Origin: Camelus ferus | Lineage: Eukaryota | DNA length: 64,000 nucleotides | Reading direction: 5' to 3' | NCBI RefSeq assembly: GCF_009834535.1 | Contig: NC_045696.1 | Location: forward strand, 102,488,001-102,552,000 | Shown here: positions 27,795 through 39,129 of the stretch, in pieces | How positions within the stretch are numbered: position 1 is the first letter of the stretch | Layout: every line of letters begins with the position of its first letter | Program-made: the position numbers and the translations under genes | The notes under the pieces: generated by a model | The model's input: only the letters and a program-made list of their open reading frames with translations | The model's database searches: none | Told to the model about the DNA's origin: nothing

Positions 27795-29244
27795 TGCCTG
27801 AGTGGGCATGAAGAGGTAACGCAAGGAGAGAGGTGTAAAAGTCCCCATAGGCTGGATGTCTGGAGAGCCCCAGTCCAGGCCAACCCCAGGCAAGACGGCG
27901 GCACGATGGAGGTGGTCCACAGAGCTCCTCGTGCTGCCCCGCCTCCCGCAGCTCTCTTTTCACTCTCGTTTAGCTTCTCTCTGGACTTTTTCCTCTGCAG
28001 ATTTATATCTCATGGGTGGTCATTCACCAAACATTCACTAAGCCCCTACAAAGTCCTCCACACGAAGCAGACAGAACCTGTGTACCCAGTGAAGGGACTG
28101 CCAAGCTGTGCACAGCCTGTCAGGGGGACAGACAGACAGAGAATTCTCAGGCGGGCAGGCGGTACTGTGTGCTAGAACTGGGTACAGACAAAGCTATTGG
28201 GGATGCGAATAGTGAGTCCACAGACACAGGAATTTTTCAAAGCCTAGTGGTATAAGATCTGCAGGGAGGGGAGGAGAGTAGGGCTCATCAGCCAGTTAAC
28301 ACACAGAATTACAAGGGAGCCCCTCTGAGGACAGCCTTGTGATCAGCAGGGGAAAGGGGACCAGGATGGCACTCAGAGGAGAGGAGATCTCATTAGACTC
28401 AATATGAGAAGGAAGAGCAAAGCTTACAACTGCTTACAAAAAGAAGAAGGAGGTAGGGGGTAGTGTTTGAAGAAAGTACACTTGAAAAAAAGTCCCAGCA
28501 TTTGTTCAACAAAATGTTCTTGAGCTTTCATTTTGCTGAAACGTTTTCTTTCTGTAAAACTCCATAAGGTCGTCTTATGAAAGTTGGAGCTGCTTTCCGC
28601 CTTAAGGATGACTAAGGGGGAGAGAAAGGAATTGGGAGGCTGCAGGAAGACTATGTAGGAGGTGGTGTACGAATCCAGCCCAATGCGCAGACTTTTTAAA
28701 GGCAGTGATGGGGGCACAGCATGATGGGAATCCATGGCGAAAGGGAGCAGCAGCTTCCAGGAGCCGCACAGACTCCAGGAGAGCTGCATGTCCACACATA
28801 AGGTAGGACGGGGAGTTCAGGAGGAGTCTGATCCAGAAGAGGAGCCTGGCACTAGTTCTTGCAGCCACTGTGTGCCAGGCTGGACTGTGCAGACTTAATC
28901 ACGTGGGCACTGGGGGGCCACTGAAGGTGGCTGGAGCCTCCATCCCACCAAACCATCCCCTGAAGCCGCTCGTGAACATTGCCTCAGGGGTGGTCCTCCT
29001 GGAAATATTCATATTTTAATTGAAAACTTCCTAAAGGCAAAAAAATAAATAAATAAAGGGTTTGTTAATCCAAAGAAATAGGCATCAAGTGTCAAGTGAG
29101 AGAACACTTACAAGGAATGTATCTTGGGACAGGGCCTCCAAATACACCTCAGACCACTCCTTCCATGCCAGGATGCTTGGCCTGCAAAATAAAGGAGGTC
29201 TAGCCCCAGATTTCCCTTCCCTTTTCCCCCTGAGGCACCCAGGA

Positions 29245-29322
29245 CAGATGACGGTCACTGACAGAACGTCCTCCCATGGGTGCAGATGACGGTCACTGAC
29301 AGAACGTCCTCCCGTGGGTGCA
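29245..29322. repeat. 38-bp tandem duplication (2 copies, 1 mismatch)
   Basis: CAGATGACGGTCACTGACAGAACGTCCTCCC(A/G)TGGGTG x2. Confidence 0.95.
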
Positions 29323-29941
29323 CCCAGGCTCACGTGGGAAACCAGCTCATCGAACGGACTGAAGCAGGCAGGGTTCAAACAGGAAACAGCGTTGTTGTCC
29401 TCCAGCCGCTGCCTTCAGATGGGCCCTGGCAGACCTCCCTCCTCCCTCCCGGCGACACTCTTGGCTGATGCCATAACTTCCCCGACATTTCTAAGAGCAA
29501 GCCTCATGTTGATAGTGAAGGCCTGGTCCAACCAAAATCGAAATTGCAGTCCCGTGCAGTCAACGCTCAGCCTCCTCTCCCTCAACCACTGACCGCCCCT
29601 CCCCCCCAGCTTAACCCAGACCTGCGTGGGCCGGAGAGTGGTGTGTGTCTCTGCTGCCCTTCCCCGCCTCCCCCACCTCTGCCCAGCTCTCTTCCATGGT
29701 AGGAGTAGGGAAAGGGGGATGGTGCAAAGGGGACATGCAAATGTTCCCTGATTGATGCTTCTGTGACTCAGTGTTGGCACCCTGGGGGACCTTCCACCCC
29801 AGGCTCAGAGGCAAGAGCCAAAACTCTGTCACGCAGAGCATCACTCATTTCCTTGTTAATCCCTTTGAAGCTCTGGTCTTCTCTTCAGGTAAGTTGAAGG
29901 TGGTCATTGGCTGAAGCTCACTGGGCTGGTTTGGCCTCTTC

Positions 29942-30396
29942 TTTTTTTTTTTAATTTTTCTAATTGAAGTAGACTTGATTTACAATGTTGTGTTAGTTTC
30001 TGGTGTACAGTATAGTGATTCAATTATACATATACATACATTCTTTTTCATATTCTTCATTATCAGTTATTACAGGATATTGAACCTAGTTCCCTCCCCT
30101 GTGCTATACAGTAGGACCTTGTTGTTTATTCTGTATATATAGTTTGTATCTGCAATCTCAAACTCCTAGTTTATCCCTCCCCATCTTTCCCCTTTGGTAA
30201 CCATATGTTTGTTTTCTATGTCTGTGAGTCTCTTTGTGTTTTGTTCATTTGTATCATCTTTTTAGATTCCACATATAAGTGATATCATATGATATTTGTC
30301 TTTCTCTGATTTATGAATACTACTCAGCCATAAAGAAGAATGAAATAATGCCATCTGCAGCAACATGGATGGACCGAGAGATTATCATACTAAGTG
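29942..30396 (-). mobile_element. Young L1 with 5' inversion (twin priming)
   Basis: Poly(T) and antisense 3' UTR at 29942-30313, then a sense segment at 30315-30396 that is contiguous with it in L1. Imperfect TSD TTTGGCCTCTT / TTTGGGCCCCTCTT. Confidence 0.9.
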
Positions 30397-31789
30397 CTTT
30401 GGGCCCCTCTTAGTAGGTGCTGCAGGACCATGGCTAGCAGCAACTCCCTAGGAACTTATCATTCAATTATTATTATTGGCTTTGGGAGTTTAGTTGAATT
30501 TCTCGAGCCAGCAGAAGTGCCATTCAGCATCTAGTGTAGATGCAAGTTACCACTCACTAACTGCCACAAAACATTTCTCTCCCACTCCCTCATGAGATCG
30601 TATCAAATATCAGCCAATGAGAATAAAATTATTACATAGAAACCCCTAAATCTACTCTAATTTATTTTTCTAAATATATATTGTTAGCACAACGAATAAC
30701 AAGTTAGACTTGACACAGCTCATGACTGATGTTCTACAACACACATAGAACCTTTCCTTTACTGGGGCAACTACAATCTCCTTCCAAGGCGAAGAACTCA
30801 GTAGAGAGAGGTCCACTTGTGCAGATATAGAAGTGCTGAGATGCCAGCATTAAGTACTACTTTGTATTACTAAATCACGTATCACGTGGGCAGGTTTAAA
30901 GAATCCTGACTAATCGCACCTTGCATTTTTGAGTCACCTCTCTGAGGCAGGGAAGAAAGTGATGGAGAATCAGGAGACTGGAAAAGAGCACGTGGCATAG
31001 AGGGAGTATGGATGGTGCCAGACATGCAGCCCTCACAGCACACTTCACAGCGTTTTCCGGCTGCTAAGTTGTGAGTGCCTTTGGTCTCTGTGACCTAATA
31101 TGTGGTGAACCAGCATTATAAGAACTGCCTGAGAGCCTGACCCAAATGGACCAGTGTTTGGACACCAATATCCATTCTCACCCCTTGGTCCCTTGCAGAT
31201 TAGGGCCTTAATCTTCACAGTGATGTATTAAATCACCACAGCATCCATTAGCCTGCTTCTGTGAACAGGGAGAGGCTGGCAGAAGACAGACAATTTTTGT
31301 CAATTTCTCAGTCTCTTCTCGGATACTGAAAACATTTACCGTCACAGGCAAATCAATCAAGGAACAAAAACCTAAGAAGCACCCACTAGGCGCAAGACCC
31401 TGCAGGGTACCCCCAACCCCAGTTCTAAGGAAAAGCACAAGCCAGCCTACCTCTAAGACAGAGAGGCTGGACTCACCCCATGGCACTTGACCTCACAGCA
31501 TGTTCCCTTTAGGGGATGGACTTCAGGGACGGACTTCAGAGTTTGATGTGGGTCAGGAGGGAAGGAAAGAAAGGAGAGCGCTCATCAAGAGGTAGAAGAG
31601 ATCACAAATTACTCATGGAAAATGCCCAACTGATAGATAGAAATTAGGGGATGAAGAATTAGGGTTCCTAAGAGAAGACAGATCTAGCGATATAGTCAGC
31701 TCTAAAATAAGGAAGGATGTCTCATACACAGGTCAGAGCCATCCATTTAGCTGATGGTGTTGAGTGACTTCTAAGTCCTCCATGCTGAA

Positions 31790-31942
31790 AACATGGTCCA
31801 CAGACAGAGCATCAGCATCACCTGGGAACTTGTTAGAAATGCAGACTCTCTGACCGCATCCCACAAATGGTGGATCAGAATCCGCATTTTAACAAAGATC
31901 CACAGGTGATTCACAAGCATATTAAAGACTGAGGAGTCCAGG
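31790..31942. mobile_element. MER5A hAT-Charlie MITE
   Basis: AGCATCAGCATCACCTGGGAACTTGTTAGAAATGCAGA...CAGAATCCGCATTTTAACAAAGATCCACAGGTGATTC. Confidence 0.9.
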
Positions 31943-32348
31943 TCTGAGTGCCAAGCATTGACTACACAGACAAATGGAGACCAGGAAATCTGCTTGAGTG
32001 GGCCGTTCTGAGCTGCTGAGAAAGACTCAGTCCTAAGCTTGTCCTTCCCTATAAACCTAGAGAAATCTCAAGTGGCTGGTGCTCTCAGAATTCCCACCTG
32101 GCACTTAGTTCCCTCAGTGGGGGCCATTGACTGCTACGGCTGCTTTGGAATTCAAGACAGCCTTCTCTTCAACCACTGAGCCAGCAGGAAAAATGCTGAA
32201 TTACAACTCAGAATGCACTTTCCCATTGGCCAGGGTTTGTTACATGTTGTTGTGCATTGGCTTTCTTGGTATTTCAAATTAATTTATAGAAATTATTTAC
32301 ACTTCCAAAAATGATCTGTAACAACTTGCAGCAAAAGAGATACATTCA

Positions 32349-32470
32349 GGCGGGGGTATAGCTTAGTGGTAAAGCACATGCTTGGCGTGCACAGAGTCCT
32401 GGGTTCAATTCCCAATGCCTCTGTTAAGAGAGGGGAAAAAAGACAAAAAAAACAAACAAACAAAAAATAG
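32349..32470 (+). mobile_element. Vic-1-type camelid SINE
   Basis: GGGGGTATAGCTTAGTGGTAAAGC...GTCCTGGGTTCAATTCCCAATGCCTC followed by an A-rich tail. Confidence 0.85.
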
Positions 32471-34464
32471 AGAGAGAGATAGTCAATAAAGGGTGTTCGA
32501 AGAAAAAGAAGAAAAATCAGACAGGTAGGAAAAAGAAGAAGCAAGAGGAAATGCTTCAAGCACCTCGGGTATCACGATTATTTAGACTAAGCAATAGTGG
32601 TAGCTTTGAGGTTGCTGGTAGCCAGAGCAAAAGTAGAAACACGGCGAGTTACGAAATTCATTATGTGAAACATACTACTCCACTCAAGAGAGGTAAGAGT
32701 TATGTTTGCAAAGCCTCAATATCAGTGCTAGGAGGAAGAAGTTAAATATTTAGAGAAAGAAAAATTAAAGAAACAAGTCTGGTTCCAAAATCTTCAGATC
32801 AAAAAAAAAAAAAAGTTTTACATTCTGCATACATCCTTCAAACTCTATATAAAACTCTTCAGGATAAGAAATGTATTTCCTAAAACTTTTGCGCCCCCCA
32901 CCAAGGCACTGAATACAAACTGCAAATTCAATACTAGTGAAAATATATGTCCCTTTTTCCCTCTCCATTACAGACTTAGAATTTCAAACACTCAGATTTT
33001 CACAGCACTTTCAAGTGTTATATCTTGTTTGACCTTCACAGCAACCTTCCGAGATTACTTCTTCCATTGCACCATGAGGAAAGCAGGCCCAGGAAGGTTA
33101 CATCACTTGCCTAACATCACACAGCGGGTCAGCCCCAGAAGTTAACCTGAAATCTATGTTCCCCAACACCCGGTCTGGTCTACTTGACGCTACAATCTGC
33201 CCATTCTTGGAAGTCAAGATTTAATTCCAGTGAGCAGTCCAAAAATCTCATTTCCAGCTACCAAACAGCAGATTCTTAAGGGAAGTAACTCCTTAAGACA
33301 AGAGGAAGATGGATCTGTAATATATCACAAGGCCAGTGACTGCCTGCTCTTAGAAAACTCATTCTTAAAAGGGTCAAGGGGAGAGAGCACTCCATCTAAA
33401 AAAATTCCTGCATCCACGCACTTGAGAGCTCAGCTGAAACCCTAAGAGGAGATTTTAAAGTCTGAAAGAACTGAGAAGGGGAGGGAAAAGGTAAGTCTAC
33501 CATAATCAAAGAAACACAGCCAAGACAAGTGAAAGAGACCTCTGCTGGGATGGGCCATTCAGCAGCGAGCTTGTCTTGCCAGAATATAACTCAAGAAAAG
33601 GTGTCAACATTAAAACTGAAATTGCAGAAAAACAGCGTGAGGATGAACTGTGCAGTGGGGCAAGCTGATCACACAGAGGATGACAACAGAGGTTCAGAAT
33701 ATAAATAATGTCGTCTCCACTGCAGGGAGAGCCCTGGCGCCACTCACTTCCAGAAGGAAACCTTCATGTCTTCCTGCCAGGAAAACCGAGCCAAGAACAA
33801 AAAAAAAAATCTCCAGTTCCTTCTCTCCTCACCACTAATCCACCACTCGGGCAAACAAATCGGACACCTGGGGTTCTGAATAATAGATCTCAGCTCAAGA
33901 CGCTGCTTGAGTGCATCTGTGAATCTGCACTGTGGGCTGTTTAGTAACTAATCATGTTTCCCTTTTTGTCTCTGTGGCTAGGAAGCTCGGAGCCAAATCT
34001 ATAAACCTGCGTCTAGTAAGGGTTCAGGACCAAATGGTGTCTATTTATTTGTGGCTTTGGGTTCACATTTACTTCCTACACCATTTTATCCAGTGGCTGA
34101 CATGTATTTTTATAAGCCACATTAAATTGACTTTGGAATGAGGTGGGATAAAGATGAGAAATGAATTGGAAGAAGGGAGGGAAGGAAGGAAGGAAGGGAG
34201 GGAGGGATGGACAGTCCATGATTGTGTGTCTGTGTGTGTGAGTCAAGAATTCAGGTGCGTCGTTGTGGGTTACAATAAGAACATCACAACATCTGCCAAA
34301 ACTGGGTCCAGAGGGCCCTGCTAGGCAAAGTGGGTGGCTAACAACTCTGCTGATTTATTGGGGCAGCAGATCAAAACTAAAACCACTGGTGTTGCTGTCC
34401 ATGCCTGTCATACCCACAGCCACCACCCCTGAGATATTACCCTGTGCCCTTTACTTCCTTGTCC

Positions 34465-35070
34465 TTTTTGATTTAGGGATAATTTACATACACTACTATG
34501 CACACATCTTTTAGATGTTCAGCTCAGTGAGTTCTGATAATTGTATACACTCATGTAACCACCAGTCCTGCAAAGATAGACATTATGTCCATCACCCCAC
34601 AACATGGCTTTGGGTCACTCTCAAGTCAGTTCCCACCCACGAAGGCAACCATTGTTCGATTTCTATCACTGTAGATTCATCTTGCTCTGTCTTATAATTT
34701 AGCAGAAATGGAATCACGCTGTATGTTCTCTTGTATCTGTTCTCTTTCACGCGGCATAATGAGGTTCACCCATGTTATTATGTATCAGTAGTTTGTTCTT
34801 TCTTATTGCTGTGTAGTATTTAATTGCATGGAAATACCACAATTTGCTTATATTTTCACCTGCTGAAGGACATGTAGGTTGTTTCTGGCTGTTATGAATA
34901 AGACTCCTATGAACATTCTTGCACAAATCTTTTTGTGGACATAGGTTTTCATATCTCTTGGATAAATATCTACAAGTCTAATTACTGGGTCATAGGGTAG
35001 ATGCATGTTTACCTTTGTAAGAAACTGGCAAACCATTCTCCATAATGGTTGCAACATTTAAATTCCTCTG
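34465..35070 (-). mobile_element. Old L1 (L1MB/L1MC-type) 3' region, antisense
   Basis: TTGTTTCTGGCTGTTATGAATAAGACTCCTATGAACATT...AATTACTGGGTCATAGGGTAGATGCATGTTTACCTTTGTAAGAAACTGGCAAACC. The ORF at 34848-35057 is an L1 ORF2 C-terminal-like reading. Confidence 0.85.
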
Positions 35071-35076
35071 AGCAAC

Positions 35077-35240
35077 GCGGAGGGTATAGCTCAGGGATAG
35101 AGTGTGGGCTTAGCATGCACAAGGTCCTGGGTTCAATCCCCAGTACCTCCATTTAAATAAACAAACAAACAACAAACAAACAAACAAACAAACAAACAAA
35201 CCTGATTACCTCCCCCCAAAAAAACAAAACAAAAAAGAAT
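35077..35240 (+). mobile_element. Vic-1-type camelid tRNA-derived SINE
   Basis: GGAGGGTATAGCTCAG...TTAGCATGCACAAGGTCCTGGGTTCAATCCCCAGTACCTCC head with A and B boxes, followed by (AAAC)n and an A-rich tail. Confidence 0.9.
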
Positions 35241-35289
35241 TTTAAAAGAAAAATATATTTTAAACAAAAATTTTAAAGAAAATATTTTC

Positions 35290-36022
35290 AAAAGATGAGA
35301 CTGATGAGGGCTTAATTTCCAGAATATATAAACAGCTCATACAACTTAATAAAAACAAATCTCAATCCAAAAATGGGCAGAAGACCTAAACAAGCAATTC
35401 TCCAATGAAGACATACAAATGGCCAATAGACACATGAAAAAATGCTCAATATTGCTAATTATCAGAGAAACGCAAATCAAAACTACAATAAGGTATCACC
35501 TCACACCAGTCAGAATGGCCATCATTAAAAATTCCACAAACTATAAATGCTGGAGAGGGTGTAGAGAAAAGGGGACCCTCCTACACTGTTGGCGGGAATG
35601 CAGTTTGGTGCAGCCCTTATGGAAAATAGTCCAGACATTCCTCAAAAATCTAAAAATAGACTTACCTATATGATCCAGTAATCCCACTCCTGGGCATATA
35701 TTCAGAGGAACCCTTAATTCAAAAAGATACATGCACCCCAATGTTCATAGCAGCGCTGTTTACAATAGCCAAGACATTGAAAGAACCTAAATGTCCATTG
35801 ACAGATGACTGGATAAAGAAGTTGTGGTATATTTATACAATGGAATACTACTCAGTCATAAAAAATAAAATAAAATAGTGCCATTTGCAGCAACATGGAT
35901 GGACCTGGAGATTGTCATTCTGAGTGAAATAAGCCACAAAAAGAAAAAGAAATACCATATGATATCACTTATATGTGGAATCTAAAAAAAAAAAAAGACA
36001 AACGAACTTACTTACAAAACAG
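35290..36022 (+). mobile_element. Young L1 ORF2 C-terminal fragment lacking the distal 3' UTR and poly(A)
   Basis: ORF 35419-35673 [37 protein letters not shown]...[14 protein letters not shown] is the L1 ORF2 cysteine-rich domain. Homology stops at ...CTTACAAAACAGAG. Confidence 0.92.
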
Positions 36023-36296
36023 AGAATAGGGGTCAGAGAAGCCACAGCCCACCCACAGGATGATGCGGTTACTGAGAAGTTAAATCAGTCCTTCAAAACT
36101 GCCTACCCCTTGGAAGAGTTGTTGGAGTGATTTCCATCCCAAAGACACTGTCAGCAGGAAATCATGGGATGACTGGGCCAGAGGCTGAAGTCTCCAGGGA
36201 AGAGATAAGGCAGCCTCTAGAGAAACATAGAGGTGATCAATCAAGGACAGAAGGACAATGTCCAAGAATTCAGAAGGAATTAAAAAGCAAAATGGC

Positions 36297-36444
36297 TTCT
36301 GTACAGCACAGGGAACTATATTCAATATCTTGTAATAACTTTTAAAGAAAACAAATATATGTACATATACCCACGACTGGGACCTTATGCTGTACACCAG
36401 GAATTGACACAATGTAACTGATTATACTTCAATTTAAAAAAAAA
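36297..36444 (+). mobile_element. Short young L1 3' end
   Basis: TTCTGTACAGCACAGGGAACTATATTCAAT...poly(A). Perfect 15-bp TSD AAAAAGCAAAATGGC at 36282-36296 and 36445-36459. Confidence 0.92.
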
Positions 36445-37768
36445 AAAAAGCAAAATGGCAGCACTCATGATGAAGATATGAAATCTAAGTGGAAGAGAGA
36501 AACCAATGCAGAAACCAGTGAAGAATTCAGCTTTAAAATCATTCTCCTGGGATCTATGGACCTCCCTTACTCTCAGGACACAGACAAACATTTCTGCCTC
36601 CACAAGCAAAATGGGGAATTCAGCAAATCTCTGGGAAACTGGGCACAAAGAATTCAGGCTTTTTAAGAAAGGACCGTCTGTTGCTCTCTTCATCCGAATT
36701 ACTAGGATGTATCTTCTGCTCTACCTTTAGAGCTCGACAAATAGAACTTGGCAATTAAACACAAGGCTCACCACTTCAGTAGCTTAAGAGAAAGTTAGAT
36801 TGTTGAGTCAAATCAATTCATGAAACATTTCTTTTCTAAAACTCTCCTCAGGTCTTTGGAATCTTTTATTATCCTCTAAAGACAATAACAGCAACAGGGA
36901 GTTTCTCACCAGATACAAGGCAATTTGCTTAAAATGTATGTCCAACACAGGAACTCATTACCCACACAAATGAAAGGAAGGACAGGTAATTCACAAACAG
37001 CCATGAAGCCACGTAGTATCAGTGGCCACCATTTGTTAAAAGTTTAGTGCAGTAGGGCAGCCCCTATGCCAACCACCTCACATACAGGAATTTAATCCTT
37101 TAAAAAATTCTATGATAATAATATCAATGGCAACTGATGTAAACGATTTCATTTGTTTCTCGGATCAAGCCTTGGAGTGACGCACTGTCATTAGTTTATA
37201 GATAAGGAAAGAATTTAAAGACGCTAAATAAATTTAAAGGCACTAAATGTACTTCCCATGGTCCTGTTGCTACGGAGTGTGGGCCACAGAATCAACCCAA
37301 GTGCCTGATCTCATTGTGTCTTTAACTACTAAACCCTCCCCACATTTTACACGTGAGACAACTGAGCCCTAGAGAAGATAATTATATCAAAGGACACACA
37401 ACTGGGAAGGGGCCACATCAGGACTTGAACTCCAGTCTTTCTAACTCCAAGTTTCCTCGCTCTTCAACTTGGCATTGTACTAAATTGACTTTCACACCTA
37501 CCCTAACTTTGATCTGCATTTTATTTGAAGATTTCATAAGATATGAAATCAGGGAGATCCCAGGGCTTCAAACCAACACCCAAACTCCACGGTAAAAGAC
37601 TACCTCAAGAGAAACCAGATGGACATCTGAGTGACCTGCCCTGACCGTGCCCTGAAGGATGGCTCAGAGCACGTTTTGGTTGACAGCAAAGCCAACCACG
37701 TATCACCATCTGACTCACACCTACCTTGGCAGGGAGGGGATAACTATCTAGGATTTAAAGTGAATACA

Positions 37769-37858
37769 ATATGTATGCATATGCATGACTGGGACACTGT
37801 GCTGTACACCAGAAATTGACACATTGTAACTGACAGTACTTCAATTAAAAAAAAAAAC
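37769..37858 (+). mobile_element. ~90-bp young L1 3' end
   Basis: ATATGTATGCATATGCATGACTGGGACACTGTGCTGTACACCAGAAATTGACAC...poly(A). TSD AAAGTGAATACA at 37757-37768 and 37859-37870. Confidence 0.9.
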
Positions 37859-38554
37859 AAAGTGAATACATACTTCAACTAAAAAAAATTAATCTGAAAA
37901 TTTTTAAAAATTTAAAAAATGAAGTGAATACCCGTAGGGAATGTGGGGAAAGACAGTCTATTGCTCTGTTGTTTTACTGATGAATTAACTCCGAGCTCAC
38001 AATAGATAGAAGATGAGCACATCACAGAGGGTAGAAGGCCTCTGCTGTTGGCAGTTTACCACCCTCTCCCCATCGGTGGGTTTCTGCTAAAGGTGCTCTG
38101 CCGTCCCACAACCTGAGTGGGCACCTGACTCAGGCTAGGCCAATAGGACACTCCCAGAAACTGAGTCTTGATGGAGAGACGCAAATTTCTGAAGTTGATT
38201 CATTCTTACAACCATGGCCTGGACATCGTGACAGTTGGTTCCTGCCATGGAGATTCCCAGAGCTTCTAAGTCCCTGTCTTTCTGCAGCAGGGTCCAGCAG
38301 ATTTTTCTTCCACTCTATGAGCAACCGTATATCCTCCGGCACATTCTTTTTCTACTTAAGGTAGCTAGGGTTGTTTTCTGTTGCCAGCAACCAAAAAAAA
38401 ACCCCAAACCGAATCTCAGGTTGGCCAAGGGAAGGCATCTCCTGACTGGTGAATCTCAGCATCAGAGTCCACTACAAAAGCTGTCAGACTAACTGATGTG
38501 ACAGAGCAAATGAGTGGAGAACTGGGGGCTGTTTCAGGACAAGAAGATGGGGTA

Positions 38555-38705
38555 GAGGAGGGTAGAGCTCAGTGGTAGAGCATGTGCTTAGCATGCACGA
38601 GGTCCTGGATTCAATCCCCACCACCTCCCTTAAAATAATAAATAAATAAACCAAATTAACATCCCAATAAATAAATAAATAAGATTTCTTTAAAAGAGAG
38701 AGAGA
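38555..38705 (+). mobile_element. Vic-1-type camelid SINE
   Basis: GAGGGTAGAGCTCAGTGGTAGAGCATGTGCTTAGCATGCACGAGGTCCTGGATTCAATCCCC with an (AAAT)n tail. Imperfect TSD GACAAGAAGATGGGG (38538) / GACAATAAGATGAGG (38706). Confidence 0.9.
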
Positions 38706-39129
38706 GACAATAAGATGAGGGAACAAGTGCTAATTTTGTTGGGTTTCTGCATAGTTTTACACCCCACAGATACTCCATCCCTTGAATGATTCACACCTCT
38801 CACAGTTACTCATCATTTAAACCTGTGATTTATTGTCCTGCGAGAAGCAGCTCGGCTGTCTAAAGCATGATGCTAATGAGGGCAGCACTTCTGACTTGAC
38901 TTGTGGGCTGGGTACCTTAGTTCTGAGTCACCGACAAGAATGCACACGAAACCTGAACAAAGCTCTTTTGACATTTCATGGGGCAGGAGCAATGAAGTTG
39001 ATGGACAACACTAATCATTGCCACTGGTTCAGCTCATATTTCTTAAGACCTTGCTCCATGCCAGGTAGTGCATTAGGCACTCCACATGCATTATCTCATT
39101 GACCGTCAAGCAGGCACCCGTGACAAATG

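Noticed and set aside
29245..29322. CRISPR-like repeat length (38 bp)
   Set aside because: Head-to-tail copies with no spacers, in mammalian DNA.
35077..35150. tRNA-like sequences with A and B boxes (also at 32349 and 38555)
   Set aside because: They carry A-rich tails, one has a TSD, and they diverge from each other: SINE heads, not tRNA genes.
35419..35673. 84-aa ORF with a recognisable protein sequence
   Set aside because: It is the L1 ORF2 C-terminal fragment, not a host gene.
37717..37745. Resemblance to the U1 snRNA 5' end (ACACCTACCTTGGCAGGGAGGGGATA)
   Set aside because: Only ~25 nt with several mismatches and indels, no downstream U1 sequence, and it lies outside the neighbouring L1 TSD.
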